From NCBI RefSeq assembly GCF_035084215.1, contig NC_090349.1:8866001-8930000 (forward strand): a DNA stretch of 64,000 bases. Direction: 5' to 3'. Under the pieces are notes generated by a model. It was not told the DNA's origin. It did no database searches and saw only the letters and a list, made by a program, of their open reading frames with translations. Shown here piece after piece: positions 51,635-63,936 of the stretch (the first letter of the stretch is position 1; each line of letters begins with the position of its first letter). This DNA is from Heptranchias perlo (Eukaryota). Both the position numbers and the translations under genes were made by a program.

Positions 51635-54600
51635 TCATAGTATCAAAGTAGGTACAGCACAGGAGGACGCCATTTGGCCCACCGTGCCTGTGCCAGCTCT
51701 ACAAAAGAGCTATACAATTAGTCCCATTCCCCAGCTCTTTCCCCATAGCCCTGTAAATGTTTTCCTTTCAAGCATTTATCCAATTCCCTTTTGAAAGTTA
51801 CTATTGAATCTGCTTCCACCACCCTTTCAGGCAGTGCATTCCAGATCATTACAACTCGCTGCGTAAAAAAATGTTTCCTCGTGTCGCCTCTGGCTCCTTT
51901 GCCGTTCACCTTAAATCTGTTTCTTCTGGTTACTGACCCTTCTACCACTGGAAACAGTTTTTCCTTATTTACTCTATCAAAACCGTTCATGATTTTGAAC
52001 ACCTCTATCAAATCTTCCCTTAACCTTCTCTGTTCTAAGGAGAACAACCCTAGCTTCTCCAATCTCTCCACATAACTGAAGTCCCTCATCCCTGGTACCA
52101 TTCTAGTAAATCTCTTCTGCACCCTCTCTAAGGTCTTGACATCCTTCCTAAAGTTTGGTGCCAAGATTTGAACACAGTACTCCAGCTGAGACCTAGCCAG
52201 TGTTTTATAAAGATTTATCATAACTTCCTTGTTTTTATACTCTATGCCTCTATTAATAAAGCCCAGGATCCCATATGCTTTTTAACATCCTTCTCAACCT
52301 GTCCTACCACCTTCAAAGATTTATGTATATACCCCCAGGTCTCTCTGTTCCTGCACCCCCTTTAAATTGTACCATTTAGTTTATAGTGCCTCTCCTCATT
52401 CTTCCTACCAAAGTGTAACACTTCACACTTCTCTGCATTAAATTTAATCTGCCACATGCCTGCCCATTTCACCAGCCTGTCTATGTCCCCCTGAAGTCTG
52501 TTACTATCTTCCACATTGTTTACTACATTTCTGAGTTTTGTATTATCTGCAAACTTTGAAATTATACCCTGTATACCCAAGTCCAGGTCATTAATATATA
52601 TCAAAAAGAGCAGTGGTCCTAATACTAACCCCTGGGGAACACCACTGTGTACCTTCCTCCAGTCTGACAAACAACCGTTCACCACTAATCTCTACTTTCT
52701 GTCCCTTAGCCAATTTTGTATCCACACTGCCACTGTCCCTTTAATCCCATGGGCTTTAATTTTGCCAACAAGTCTATTATGTAGTATTTTACCAAATGCC
52801 ATGTACACAACATCAACCGCACTACCCTCATCAACCCTCTCCGTTACTTCATCAAAGAACTCAATCAAGTTAGTCAAGCATAATTTGCCTTTAACAAATC
52901 CATGCTGACTTTCAGGGCACTGACGGAGTGGCAGGGGTGGGACAGGAATGCTGTCATCCTGAGAGAGAACCAGTGGGTTCCTGTTCCATGGAGCCACTGC
53001 CACTTGCTGCCTCCTGTTATGCACCAGCTTATGCAAGAAAGCGAGAAGTGTGTCGGTGAGTGTCCCGAAAGATGTTTGGGTGATGTGGCAGCCTTGGTTG
53101 AATAGCTGCCAGAGTTTGTGACCTGTGAGTTGTGGGTGTGTGGCTTGCAACTGTGGTAATGTGTAAGGATGAGATGAAGCATCTGATTGGAAGAGTTGAC
53201 GACTGATTGAAAGAGTTTGTTGGTAGGTGGGTGATGGGGGGGTGGGGGGGGTTGTAGTGTGTGGAGCAGTGGATGCGGCTATTGGTCCAGTTGGTAGGAT
53301 ATGCCAGTTGAACTAACGCACCTTGACCACTCGAGTCAAAGCATTGAACTGCATCCATGTTCATGGTGCTATGCTCCTGGCATTGACCTCGTCCCCTACT
53401 GCCTCCCACTGCCTCGGGAGCATATGTCTGGAGGGCCTCTTGCACCCCTGCAAATATAAGAAGCACCTCCTTCTGTCCACCTCCTGCACTAAGGCCTCTG
53501 GTGCATCATCAGAGAACCTTGGTACACGCTCTCTCGCAGGCCCCGGTACAAACTCAGATCAGCAGATTGGTGGGGTCTGATGTGCAGATTGGAGGATGTG
53601 AGATGTAGTTGTGAACAACCTTTATTCAATGTTTTAAAATAAATCAACAGTTTTTAAACATAAGGATGGGACCTGCACCTGTGTTTTACGTGTGCGATTT
53701 CTGATCTCCATTCAGACTCTGTTCCGAGTCCTGCAAACTTTGAGCAGCCAAGTTGCTGCTCATTAAAAATTCCAGAGTTCCCATCATCACCATGCTTCAC
53801 TGTATTGCAGCACAGATTCACTTCACAATTGATTTCTACCACTTACTGCAGGGGAGTGTACCTCCCCTTTAGGAAGTGCAGGCTGCCTTTAAGTGACGCT
53901 AGCCACTCCCGATATCTGGGGCCCCTGCTGGTGTGTGCAGTCACTCAATAGTGCAGGGAGCACTGGCTGCATGCAGCTATCACTGAAATCATCAGGCAGC
54001 ATGAATGTTACATGCTGCCTGCATCTCAATGACCAGGCATGGGTTAATTACGCACCGTGACCCCAGCGCCCTTTTTCGGGGGTTAACCAATTTAACACCC
54101 CATATCTTTAGTCATCCGAGAAGTTCTAGCTTTGGATGTCCTTCATTTCCCCCATGTGGGAATGTGTCTACTCCATACCTGAACCAACTCCTCCTTGAAG
54201 GCCTCCCATTGTTCAATTACTGTTTTGCCTACCGATTTTTGATTCCCATCCACCAGGGCAAGATCCCTTTTTTAACTCACTGAAATTAACCCTCTTCCAG
54301 TTAAGCATTTTCACATTTGATTGTTCCTTGTCCTTTCCCATAACTATTTTAAACCTAATGATATTATGATCACTGTTCCTCAAACGCTTCCCCACTGAAA
54401 CATGCTCCATCTGCCCCACTTCATTCCCCAGAACTAGATCGAGCGCTGTTTCCTTCCTCATTGCACTGGAAACATATTGATCAAGAAAGTTCTCCTGTAC
54501 ACATTTCAGGAATTCCTCCCTCTCTTTGCCCTTTACTCTGTTACTATCCCAGACTATATTGGAATATTTGAAGCCCCCCCATTATCACTACTCTATAGTT

Positions 54601-55095
54601 CTTGCACCTTTCTGTAATTTGCCTGCAAACTCTTCTTTACCCTAAGCTATTTGTCCCTCCCAGTCCTCTGTGCACCTTGTTTCTCCTCTCTAATGTTTCA
54701 CCCTGGTGCCCACTCCCCTGCCAAATTATTTTAAACCCTCCCCTACAGCACTAGTTAACCTCCCTATGAGGACATTGGTCCCAGCTGTGTTGAGGTACAA
54801 CCTGTCCATCTTTAACAGATCCTTCCTGCCCCAGAACTGGATCCAATGCACCAGGTATTCGACGCCCTCCCTCCTGCACCATTTCTCCAGCCATGCATTG
54901 ACATGTCTTATCTTACTATTCCTATAATTATTAGTGCATGGCACTGGGAGTAATCCAGAGATTACTACCTTTGAAGTCCTGCTTTTTAACTTCCTCCCTA
55001 CCTCCTGAACCTCTGACTGCAGGACCTCAACCCTTTTCCTACCTATGTCATTGGTTCCCACATGGACCACGACTTCTGGCTGTTCCCCTCCCCCC
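51635..55095 (-). mobile_element. CR1 LINE nested in the Harbinger transposase (RT 51718-52905; endonuclease/ORF1 54105-55095)
   Basis: GVPQGLVLGP, SKFADNTK, SDHNIIRF, VHVGTNDIG. Confidence 0.88.
52905..54100 (-). mobile_element. Second Harbinger fragment (Myb/SANT accessory gene plus terminus) inside the CR1
   Basis: Minus strand RERVPRFSDDAPEALVQEV...WEAVGDEVNARS (Myb/trihelix-like); SQDDSIP motif shared with 55630-56286; TIR-like CCAATTTAACACCC end. Confidence 0.7.
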
Positions 55096-56404
55096 CTCAA
55101 ACAAAGGTTCTAGTGTCTGGATTGCTTTGGAGGAGTCCTACGGTACGGCCCAGAACGATTCACCAGATTTGTCGTGGTTTGCCACATGATCCGCAATTAT
55201 GCCATCCAAAGGGACCAAACCTTGGAGCTGACACTGGAGGAATAAGTAGAGGAGGAAGCTGAAGAACAGGGTGAGAAAGCAGAGGATAATGAGGTCGATC
55301 AAGGCTGAGCAGTGCAGCCAGCTGCCAGAGCCGTAAGGCAACAAATTATTGAGGACAGATTCTCTTGAGCAATGCCACCCCTCCACACACTCACACCAGT
55401 CTGATCTATCATCTGTCTCAGTCCTTCCAACCACCTTCTAAATTACCCCAAACACTACTACCTCATGGGTGTTCCTCTTGCATAACTAAGAATTTGAAGA
55501 GCAACCTGAATGCAAAAAAAAACCCTGTTTAATTCACATCTTGTGCATTCTGGATTTAACAAATTTTTGTTCTCTTAATGGTGAATTGAAATCACTGTAG
55601 TGCAATCCCTGTGTGCCTGGTCTCTGTGCTCATTGACCTTTCCTAGTGCTCCTACAACATGGATCCTCTGTCACTTGAGCCTGGGAGGTGGAAGGCTTCT
55701 TATCAACCACTGAGGTCACTTGAGATGGCTTTGATGGGCAACTTTGTGCAGCTCTGGGCTTTGAGGGCCTGGTTGCAGATTGCTGTGACTCGGCGTTGGC
55801 CGCAGCAGTCTGGGCCAGCTGGCTGTGTGGAATCAACAAGGGCACTGGGTCAGAGGCTGGCAGGGGAGCAGGTGTGCTGTCATCCTGAGAGAGGATAGTA
55901 TGAGCCTCGCCCATGGAGCCAATGCCACTGCCATGAGGTTGCGTCTCTACTGTCCCTCTGCTCTGCGTGAGATCAGAATGAAGGAGTGTTGTAATGCTCT
56001 GGAAGCCCCTACCCATGCTCTTCACACTCCTATCCATGTTCTCCTTCATGGATTGGAAGCCTGAAGAGATGCTAGATCCCAGAGCCACATTGGTGACAGT
56101 CTGAGCTCGCAGCGATGCTGCCAGAGCTGTCACCAGAGGTGCCATCATTGTGGGCTCCATTGCAGTGTTCATAGAGCTGACCAAATGCTGCATGTTTGAC
56201 TGCATGGTCTCAATGCCGTGCTGCACTACCCCAACCAAGTTGGAGATGGACTCTTTAATGCTCTGTGCCATTGTTAGCAAGCTCACTGGCAGGCTACTCT
56301 GTGCAGTTAGAAGATTCTGGTATACAGCGATCAGTCTTTTTATGTCAGCTGTGCTCTCAATGTCTTCATCTGCGCCCTCTGCGCACTATTGCTCGGTGAG
56401 TACC

Positions 56405-56610
56405 CCAGTTGCTGCAATTGCCATTGAAGCTGCCACACTAGGAGGAACTGCAGCAGCAAGCATGGCAGTAGGGACCTGTGGAGGCTCAAACAAGAGGGCG
56501 AAGGAGGGAAGGGCACAGCAGGCCTTACAAGATATGGGTGTTCCGGAACAGAATGTCATACCTGAACAGAGGAGCGGTGTATGAGAGGCTTCGCTTCAGC
56601 AGGCAGGTAG
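56405..56610 (+). mobile_element. Harbinger transposase 5' fragment paralogous to 50803-50995
   Basis: Shared ACACTAGGAGGAAC..TTACAAGAT.TGGGT.TTCCGGAA..AACAGAGGAGC.GTGTATGAGA. Confidence 0.7.
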
Positions 56611-59600
56611 TGTAAAGAACATGTGGTGCCAATCTCTGAGCTGGTGCTTGCTAGGCTAAGTTTGAGTGAAATTGTTTCTTCATTAGTGGTGCCCCTTCTA
56701 CTCTTAATCCTCTGGGTGCTCTATATTTGCTTCACCTGAAAAGGAAGAGAGGAACAAGGATTAGGATTTAGTTCAAGGATAAGTAGAGACAGATGAATGG
56801 CTGCTGAAAGCAGCAGCACGTTGTCATGCGTAGTGTGTGATGGTGAGATTTCAGTAGCCAATTTGTGCACAGCAAGCTCCCACAAACAGCAATGAGATAA
56901 TCTGTTTTAGTGATGTTGGTTGAAGGATGAATATTGGGGCCAATAGGCAGTGGATGTTTGTTCCATGTTTTCTTATGTTCTGAGCAGCATTAATGGAACG
57001 AAACTGTCAGGCATTGTTCGTGAAATATCAAACATTCCTGACAACAGTGGTGAGACAACAAGTCTGAAAGTGAAGAAAAACTCTTTATTCAAACACTTGA
57101 AGTGGATGTTTATTGTGTTTGCTGGAATATTTGTTACAGATGGAAACATAATCTGCACAATTAATCTACACATCTGATTGATTCAGAATAGTTGCTAACC
57201 CAAATTGGGGTATGTATTTATTGTATGTAGTTATATTATCATCTGTGTGTGAATACAATGTGATTTTGGGGTACACATAGATGTGCATGTGGCAGTATAG
57301 TTTGCAAAGTCAAGTCCCAATCTGTCTCCTGACCACCCTAAATTCGAGTGTTGTGCATCCCCCCTCCAGGAGGTCACATTATAACACTTGGGCATTGCGC
57401 TGGGTGGTGTATAAATCCAGTCTATTGGGAAGCATATTTAAAAGGTACCATGTGGTTTATTGGATTTCCTTGCTGCTCTATAAACTTAATTTTAAGTCTT
57501 ATTTAATGTTGTGACAAAGTAGATGCTGCCGTTCATTCTCTCCTAACATTAAAAAATAGCCATTGGCAGAGTGGAGTGTTCCCCATGCACGGAAGCTTGC
57601 TTGCTTGTGTAGAGCTTTCTCCTTGGTGGTCAGACTACAAGTTAACCCTCAGTATAATATGGATCTTTCCAGCTATGTTTGCACTTGACCAGCTACCTGT
57701 CTCCATTCAGTAGTGCAACATAACTGCAGCCTTAAAGTGCAGATTGATAGTTATTTCACTTTTCTACACACTCACCTCCCCAGTATCACCTGATATAAAG
57801 ATGCTGTCAGAGGAGATTGGAGCAGATTTGTGGAGTATCATGGAGACTGAGAGTTTATAGGAAACTACAGGCATCCTGAGAAAACTGAAAGGGTCCATCC
57901 ATGAATGCTGGGAAATAATGGGCACAAACAAAGAACTTATATATCTTAGTATCACCTGGTCTTTCCTTTTCAGATTAGTGCTAGCCTCAACCAATGTCTG
58001 ATTAATATACTATAGTCCTCAAACAGATAAAGTTAATGGGTTAGGAAGAGCCTTGAACAGTTTTCATATCAGAAAAGCTGTTTCCCTTTAGATGCTGGTA
58101 GATGCTGGAAAATGACAAGGAGTATAACACCTAATTGAAGTTCAGTCCTTCATGAAACCAATTAAAATCTGGGAATCATAGCGGTGGAATTTCCTGTGTA
58201 TTTGTGCCCAGAGACATGTGTAATCAGAGTGTAAACCAAATACCCAGCATAAAAGATTGAGGAAACTTGAGTGCAAATGTGTTACACACATAATTAAGCT
58301 ATCCCCGAATTTCCTGGCACTTTTACGCCTGTCTATTGATCCCTGCACCCAAACTCATCTCGGCTTATTATAATGGCTCCAACACCCCAGGGTAAAGAAC
58401 TGCTCATGTGAATTGCCTGAAATTACACTGGTTAAAAAGGGGTGTAAAATTAAACCCAAATGTTTAGGTGCAGCAGTGAACAAAATCAGTTTTATGGTGT
58501 TTAATTGCGATTTTAAAAAAAATTATCTTCATTGAGACCTGCTATGTATTTTCAGTTTCTTTGAATGTCTTTTTATAGCATCAATATAAGTTCCATTAAA
58601 AATGGTGAAGTTTGCACGATTGCATGTTCTCAAACATGCTGTGCCTGATGTGCACGAATGATAGTTAGATGGCTGGAAACTTTAATTTTCATGCTTAAAG
58701 GAATATATAGTGTGAGTTTGAGGTTTTCCTCGGGTCCTGATAGTTTACACTGATTTCCACTTGTTTATGTCATCTTTATGTTTTGGAGTATGTTAATGAG
58801 ATTAGCTGGAAATTTGGGTCTAAATAGACGTTAGCAAAATGGGTGCACAAATGGGTGAAATTTCGAGTGTAACTTCCTAATTATGCCCCCACAGGAAATT
58901 TCACCACATAGTTTCTTAAATGCATTTATCCAGTTGAACGACACCATGGAAAAGATGCATCAGATTGAATTCATCGTGGTCACTAATGATCACTTCTCTG
59001 GCTGGGACTTCCTTGGTGGTAAACTAACGTATTTTAGATCATGCATTGTCCACCCGAAACAAAAGATTCTCAGACTGGTTCTAATGTTTTCAGAAAGCGT
59101 AGAAGGTTAAAGGAAGTTGTAAAGATCTTTGTAAGCAAGTCTTCAAAAGTTGAGAAAGTGTTGAGTGGAAATTGGAAGGTTATGACAAGTTGTGTTTAAT
59201 TGAACAGAAGTAAACTACAAAGTGTGTCACATCTTTTAGTTAATAGTTTAAATTTCTGAGCACAAAAAAAGCAATACAGAACGATAACGTACATAAGGTT
59301 AGTTAAGCTGGCATGAGTAGAAAATAACCAAAGAATAATGATAATGACCATGGATAATGACATGCTGCAGGCCTCCCCAGAGGTGAAACTCAAGCATCCC
59401 AGAGGGAGGCATAATTGCCAATGCCACAGCAGCCAACCTACTAGAAAGGAATGGGGCTGCATATCTTATGTTCACATCATAGAGGGATACCCTGAACACT
59501 GGGACTTAACTATGATTTATTAAATTCAGAATGTAAGCTTGGCCTTGCTAAGCTATATTGTAAACTTACTGATATTGAGCAAAACTAGCTAATGCTGAAT

Positions 59601-59668
59601 TATTGCAATGCTTTCCCACTGCCTAGCTAACAGGGTTCTGCCTGGCTCTACACACTTTTATAAAGCAT

Positions 59669-59850
59669 GGGAATGCAGTGACCTCAGATGCTGTATTGTT
59701 CAGTGATGGGTTTGCTTTGTGGAATCAGGAATTGTTGTTGAAGAATTCTCATGAGCCAATAACACAAAGTAGGTCAGAGGTCAAGTCACTCAGAAACAGT
59801 ACAAAACAAATTATTTGGAAAAGATTGAATTCTACTGGATAAAGGCTACT
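59669..59850 (+). promoter_or_regulatory. Distal enhancer-like module of the intact hes5-like gene
   Basis: Alignable to 38063-38260; CAAAGT followed by perfect DR1 AGGTCA-G-AGGTCA 59771-59783; about 3.6 kb upstream of the promoter. Confidence 0.7.
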
Positions 59851-61929
59851 GAGACCATATAAGAGCATAAGATTATAAAGGACTGGAAAAGACCTGTGTA
59901 CTCCACCTGCTACATCCTAAAGTTCAAAAATATCATACTTTGCTCTGACATTTATGCCCATCAATCACCTGTTTTGCCAAAATATGTTCATATTCCCTCT
60001 TGGATTTACTAACATAATTTAGCATTATTGTATGTACGTCAGTATAAATCACTGTGCCTTTATGTATATATGTAGCAATATGTTTGAGCACTTTGTGAAC
60101 ATGTCCATATGCATAGTTTATGTCTGAGTCAGACATTTTTTTTGTGGGGGAGAATCTGTTTGTGTAATTATATCTGCAGGTGAACACATGTGAGAATATT
60201 TGTGTGGGTATGTACACTTACATGTACAAGTGTAAGTTTCTGTATATTTTTTGTGTGGTAGTATGTGTAGGCATGTTTGTGTAAGTGTGGGGGTGTATGT
60301 GTGTGAGAGAAATTGTGGATTTGAAAAAGCATATATGTGTGCATCTATGTGTGTATAAGAGTGCATTGCATTACATTAAATTGTGTGTATAGCGTGTGTA
60401 TGATTGTATGCATGAGTTTTGTTTGTTTGTACGTTAGAATGTGTGTATAAACATCTGTATATTTGTATCAGATTGGCACCGTCTGCAGTCCAGAAACTGA
60501 TCACCCGACACCAGACGTGGATACACCAGTATCAGACCATTTGCTGTTTATTTACAGTGATGAAGAGTAATTTCTCTTCCAAATTCATGAAATTCAAAGA
60601 ACCACCCAGCTATCTAATTTTTCATGGCAGCACTTGTTATCCCTGACTGTGGCACAAATTCAAGTTTGGATCAGTAATTCTTTGCTTTGTGTCCATCTTA
60701 TTGCATCTATAACATTTGATTTCCCTTGAGTTGTGCTTCTGTGTGTGTGTGTGTCTGTGTGTATCTGTGAGCATTTCCTATCATCTTTTCCCATTGTAAC
60801 TTTCTATGTTCACATTTATATCAGAAATAGCCTATGAAAATTTGTCATGCTGTAATTACAGTCATTACAGTGTCCTGCCACTGGCAGGAGAGTATAATTA
60901 CAGCGTGACAAGTTTACATGGTGTTCTTCCTGCGCACTTTGCAACAAGAAGACAGAGATGCAAAGACATTTTGGTATAGAAGGAAGCTATTCGATAAAAA
61001 GAGAGGATATACTTTGATTCACGCAATGTTTACAAATATAAAGAAAGTATGTCACAGCCAGCAGTTTAATAAAGATCTCGCCAGAGGAGATAATTGTCAC
61101 ATCTCACCGCCAGCACTATTTTTCTGCTACACATTTGAAATATATTTGTCCTTGAAATTAATCTGTGCCAATATTAGCATATACATAATTAACATGTTAA
61201 CTTTAAACGACGTAACACGTCTGTTAAAATAGCCTATCAACGAATTCCATATGCAAATATTCAGAGCATAATCTCAATGCTCTAAATTGCAAACAAATCT
61301 ATGTCTCGAAGTGTCGAAATATGGTATTGATCGCAATTTCTGAACCCAGCTCCTTCATAGGATATGCTGAGGTTGTGGAGTTGCAGTGCGTATTTGGCTA
61401 ATGTGCTTGATGATGACCTTGCAACATTCTAACAGCTCTCTTGTTTGTCAATATGAAGGATCCTCTTTTATCTGCACATACTTTACTTCCATCTAAAGTG
61501 TTGAATTAATGCAGGCAAATGAATTGTCCACAACACAGTAAAATACACTGTAGTAATATCAGGCAAATATAGAAAAGATGTCTGTATCCCGGATTGCAGT
61601 CTATCATTTAAAATGCCAGTTCGTCATTATTGTCTTTGCTAATAGGCACTAATAATTTATTAATAAGTGAAATAATAAACTACACCAGTTGTTTAGTGAA
61701 ATCTTAAATGCACGAATCCAATGGTATGGATACTCTGTGAAAAGGGATCTGGTCGTTTTGCGGCTGCGTGTTTCTTACTACGTGTGACGTGTTTCTGCAA
61801 ACGTTTCTCTGGTTTTATGCCCTGCACATGTTAGCCCTCGCTATGAACGTGCCATTGATGTGTTCTTGTTTACAGCCCACTCTTGGTGTTTGATGGTGTT
61901 TGAAAGTGGATGTGAGGCGGCTGCTGCAG

Positions 61930-62470
61930 CCTCTTTCCCACGCGTTGGAGATTAGCAGAGGTCGAGTCTAACAGCTGCACCGTCAGTACAAAAGCACCGC
62001 ACTTCGATGCAGTTGAAAGGCACTGACACACTCTGATGTGTATGATTAGAGTTTGGTAAAAGTGGCAGTGCTGAATTTGGTAAACATCTGGGAAATATAC
62101 TGTACTCACCATCTTACAGCATGGATTTACTACTATCCTCTCTATCTATATAATCAACCTATTAATTGTAAACCTAGAACGTTTTTCTTGATATATTTTT
62201 ACGGCTAACGAATAGTTCTTACTGGTATACAGTCAATATATATCTTGCTTATTTGAGGCAGTGCATAGTTTACTGTGCCCCGGTGGAATGTCCGACATAC
62301 TGATCAATTAAACTCAAGAAATGATCGATATTCGCTATTAAATCTAATGTAAAAAATATTGAAATAGAAACCACGGTTAAGAAGTACTCAGGGATTCACA
62401 TCTTTTTTCCCCCAGGCGTCAGTCAATTGTTGCTGAAAGTTTCCCACGTGTCGACTTGCGGGTACAAAGT
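61930..62470 (+). promoter_or_regulatory. Proximal RBPJ sites upstream of hes5
   Basis: TTCCCACG at 61935-61942 with a nearby CAGCTG; ATTGTTGCTGAAAGTTTCCCACGTG at 62426-62450 followed by ACAAAG; CpG-rich, repeat-free context. Confidence 0.6.
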
Positions 62471-63159
62471 GTGACGGGTCAATGGCCCAATGCAAAGCAC
62501 AATACATAGGCTTTACTTAGAAACAGCTGGCCCTGCTTGTGCTTCTGCCACTTACCAAGCTTGTCTGACTCATTTTCCTCGCAAGAATGTAAACTGCTAA
62601 ACATCTGGAAGACACATCGTTGTAATGGCACATCTGTTACTATTTTAGAAATACGCGACTCCAGAGAGAAAATCCCGCGTTGTGATGATTATTTAGAATA
62701 TCCCTTGAAGTAGTGTTATCATAAAACAAGGAAGCGAGGATGACATACCTGAATCTGAATCTAATGAAAAGTTCGAGAGATGCTTCAAACAAAGGAATAA
62801 GTAATTAAAGTATCATTATTTCGCGATTATATCGCGGTATGTTAATAATCAATATATCGGCATATTTTAACGTTGAATTTACACCGCACATCTATTCTGT
62901 ATTGGCAATGAGGAGAAAATAGCCAAATATTTTTGATTTGTGTTTGTAAAAAAAAGTTAACGAGTACTTCTCCCGAAGGTGCTTTTTCTTTTGTCATATA
63001 TTCTGTTTCACAATATTAATTCTGGTGCATCTCATTATTTAAAATAAGAATGGGTTTTGTAAAGTCTGTTTTAAAACAAATCCCTTAAGCTAGATGTTAA
63101 GATGGCATTTTGCAGTGTAATATGATTCCGTGTCAGGAAACATGAAATCAACTTTCTCA

Positions 63160-63397
63160 GATTCTCATAACTCGAGACGTGACTAATTGCCCCCGGGTTT
63201 GCTCTGTCACACGAACTGTCCAGATGGCCCTCAGAGATTCCCACGCAAAGCAATGTCAAAGCCCATCATTAGTTTGGCATTTACAAGGCAGCGATTCGGC
63301 TATTGTCCTTCTGAAAGCGCTCGTTGGCCAGAGAGTGTGGGAAACCTCATGAAACAACGACTCACGCTTTTTTCATGTAAATTCAGAGTTATAAATA
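63160..63397 (+). promoter_or_regulatory. hes5 Notch-responsive proximal promoter
   Basis: CAGATG E-box; RBPJ TTCCCACG 63238-63245; TGTGGGAA 63336-63343 + 15 bp + GACTCACG 63359-63366; TATAAATA 63390-63397. Confidence 0.88.
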
Positions 63398-63472
63398 GAG
63401 GAGCGAACGGGTTCCCGCCCGCAGTATCGCACCAGGCGCAAATCCCCCTTTAGTCTGTTTCAGTTGTCGAGC

Positions 63473-63550
63473 ATGGCTCCTATCAATGCTGCTGGCGTTA
63501 TTACCAGGGAACACTTGGAGGAAAAGTTTACAGCCAAACAGAAAAGCAAA
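63473..63550 (+). CDS. hes5: hes5-like exon 1: MAPINAAGVITREHLEEKFTAKQKSK
   Basis: GCATGG start context, MAP N-terminus, phase-0 gtgagc donor just before the basic region. Confidence 0.9.
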
Positions 63551-63663
63551 GTGAGCGTAAAGTCGAGCTAAAAAAAAGAATTTGCGTTAAAAATGCAGAG
63601 TCGATATTTTGCAAATTCAGTGCTTACCGTCATATCAAAAATCTTATTTCGTCTTATTTTCAG

Positions 63664-63841
63664 ATAATGAAGATAACGATAGAAAAAAGGCGCCGAGATC
63701 GGATAAACAGCAGCATCAACCAGCTGAAGACTTTACTGGGAAGGGAGTTTCAAACGGAAGAACCTAACATGAAACTGGAGAAAGCTGACATCCTGAAGAT
63801 GACAGTAAATTACCTGAAGTATCACAACCAGCAGCTCAGAG
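63664..63841 (+). CDS. hes5: hes5-like exon 2, bHLH: IMKITIEKRRRDRINSSINQLKTLLGREFQTEEPNMKLEKADILKMTVNYLKYHNQQLR
   Basis: ttttcag acceptor and gtaagg donor; RDRINSSI.QLK.LL..EF....PN.KLEKADIL.M is the HES5-subfamily bHLH, encoded in a single exon. Confidence 0.93.
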
Positions 63842-63936
63842 GTAAGGGCTATGCTCCCTGGCATGGTTCGCTTTACATTGATTAGGTTACAGGTCGTTCC
63901 TCGTAAATCTATCGTGTATTTTCCTCTCTTTTGTAG

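Larger units (their letters stand above)
50288..56390 (+). mobile_element. Degraded Harbinger transposon: plus-strand DDE transposase and convergent minus-strand accessory ORF, split by nested insertions
   Basis: Transposase FPQVQGIIDCIHVAL..NRKGFHSLNVQLVCD..TRALIEQTI up to about 51632, resuming KQRF*CLDCFGGVL..CHMIRN at about 55097; accessory-ORF C-terminus at 55630-56286 (-). Confidence 0.8.
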
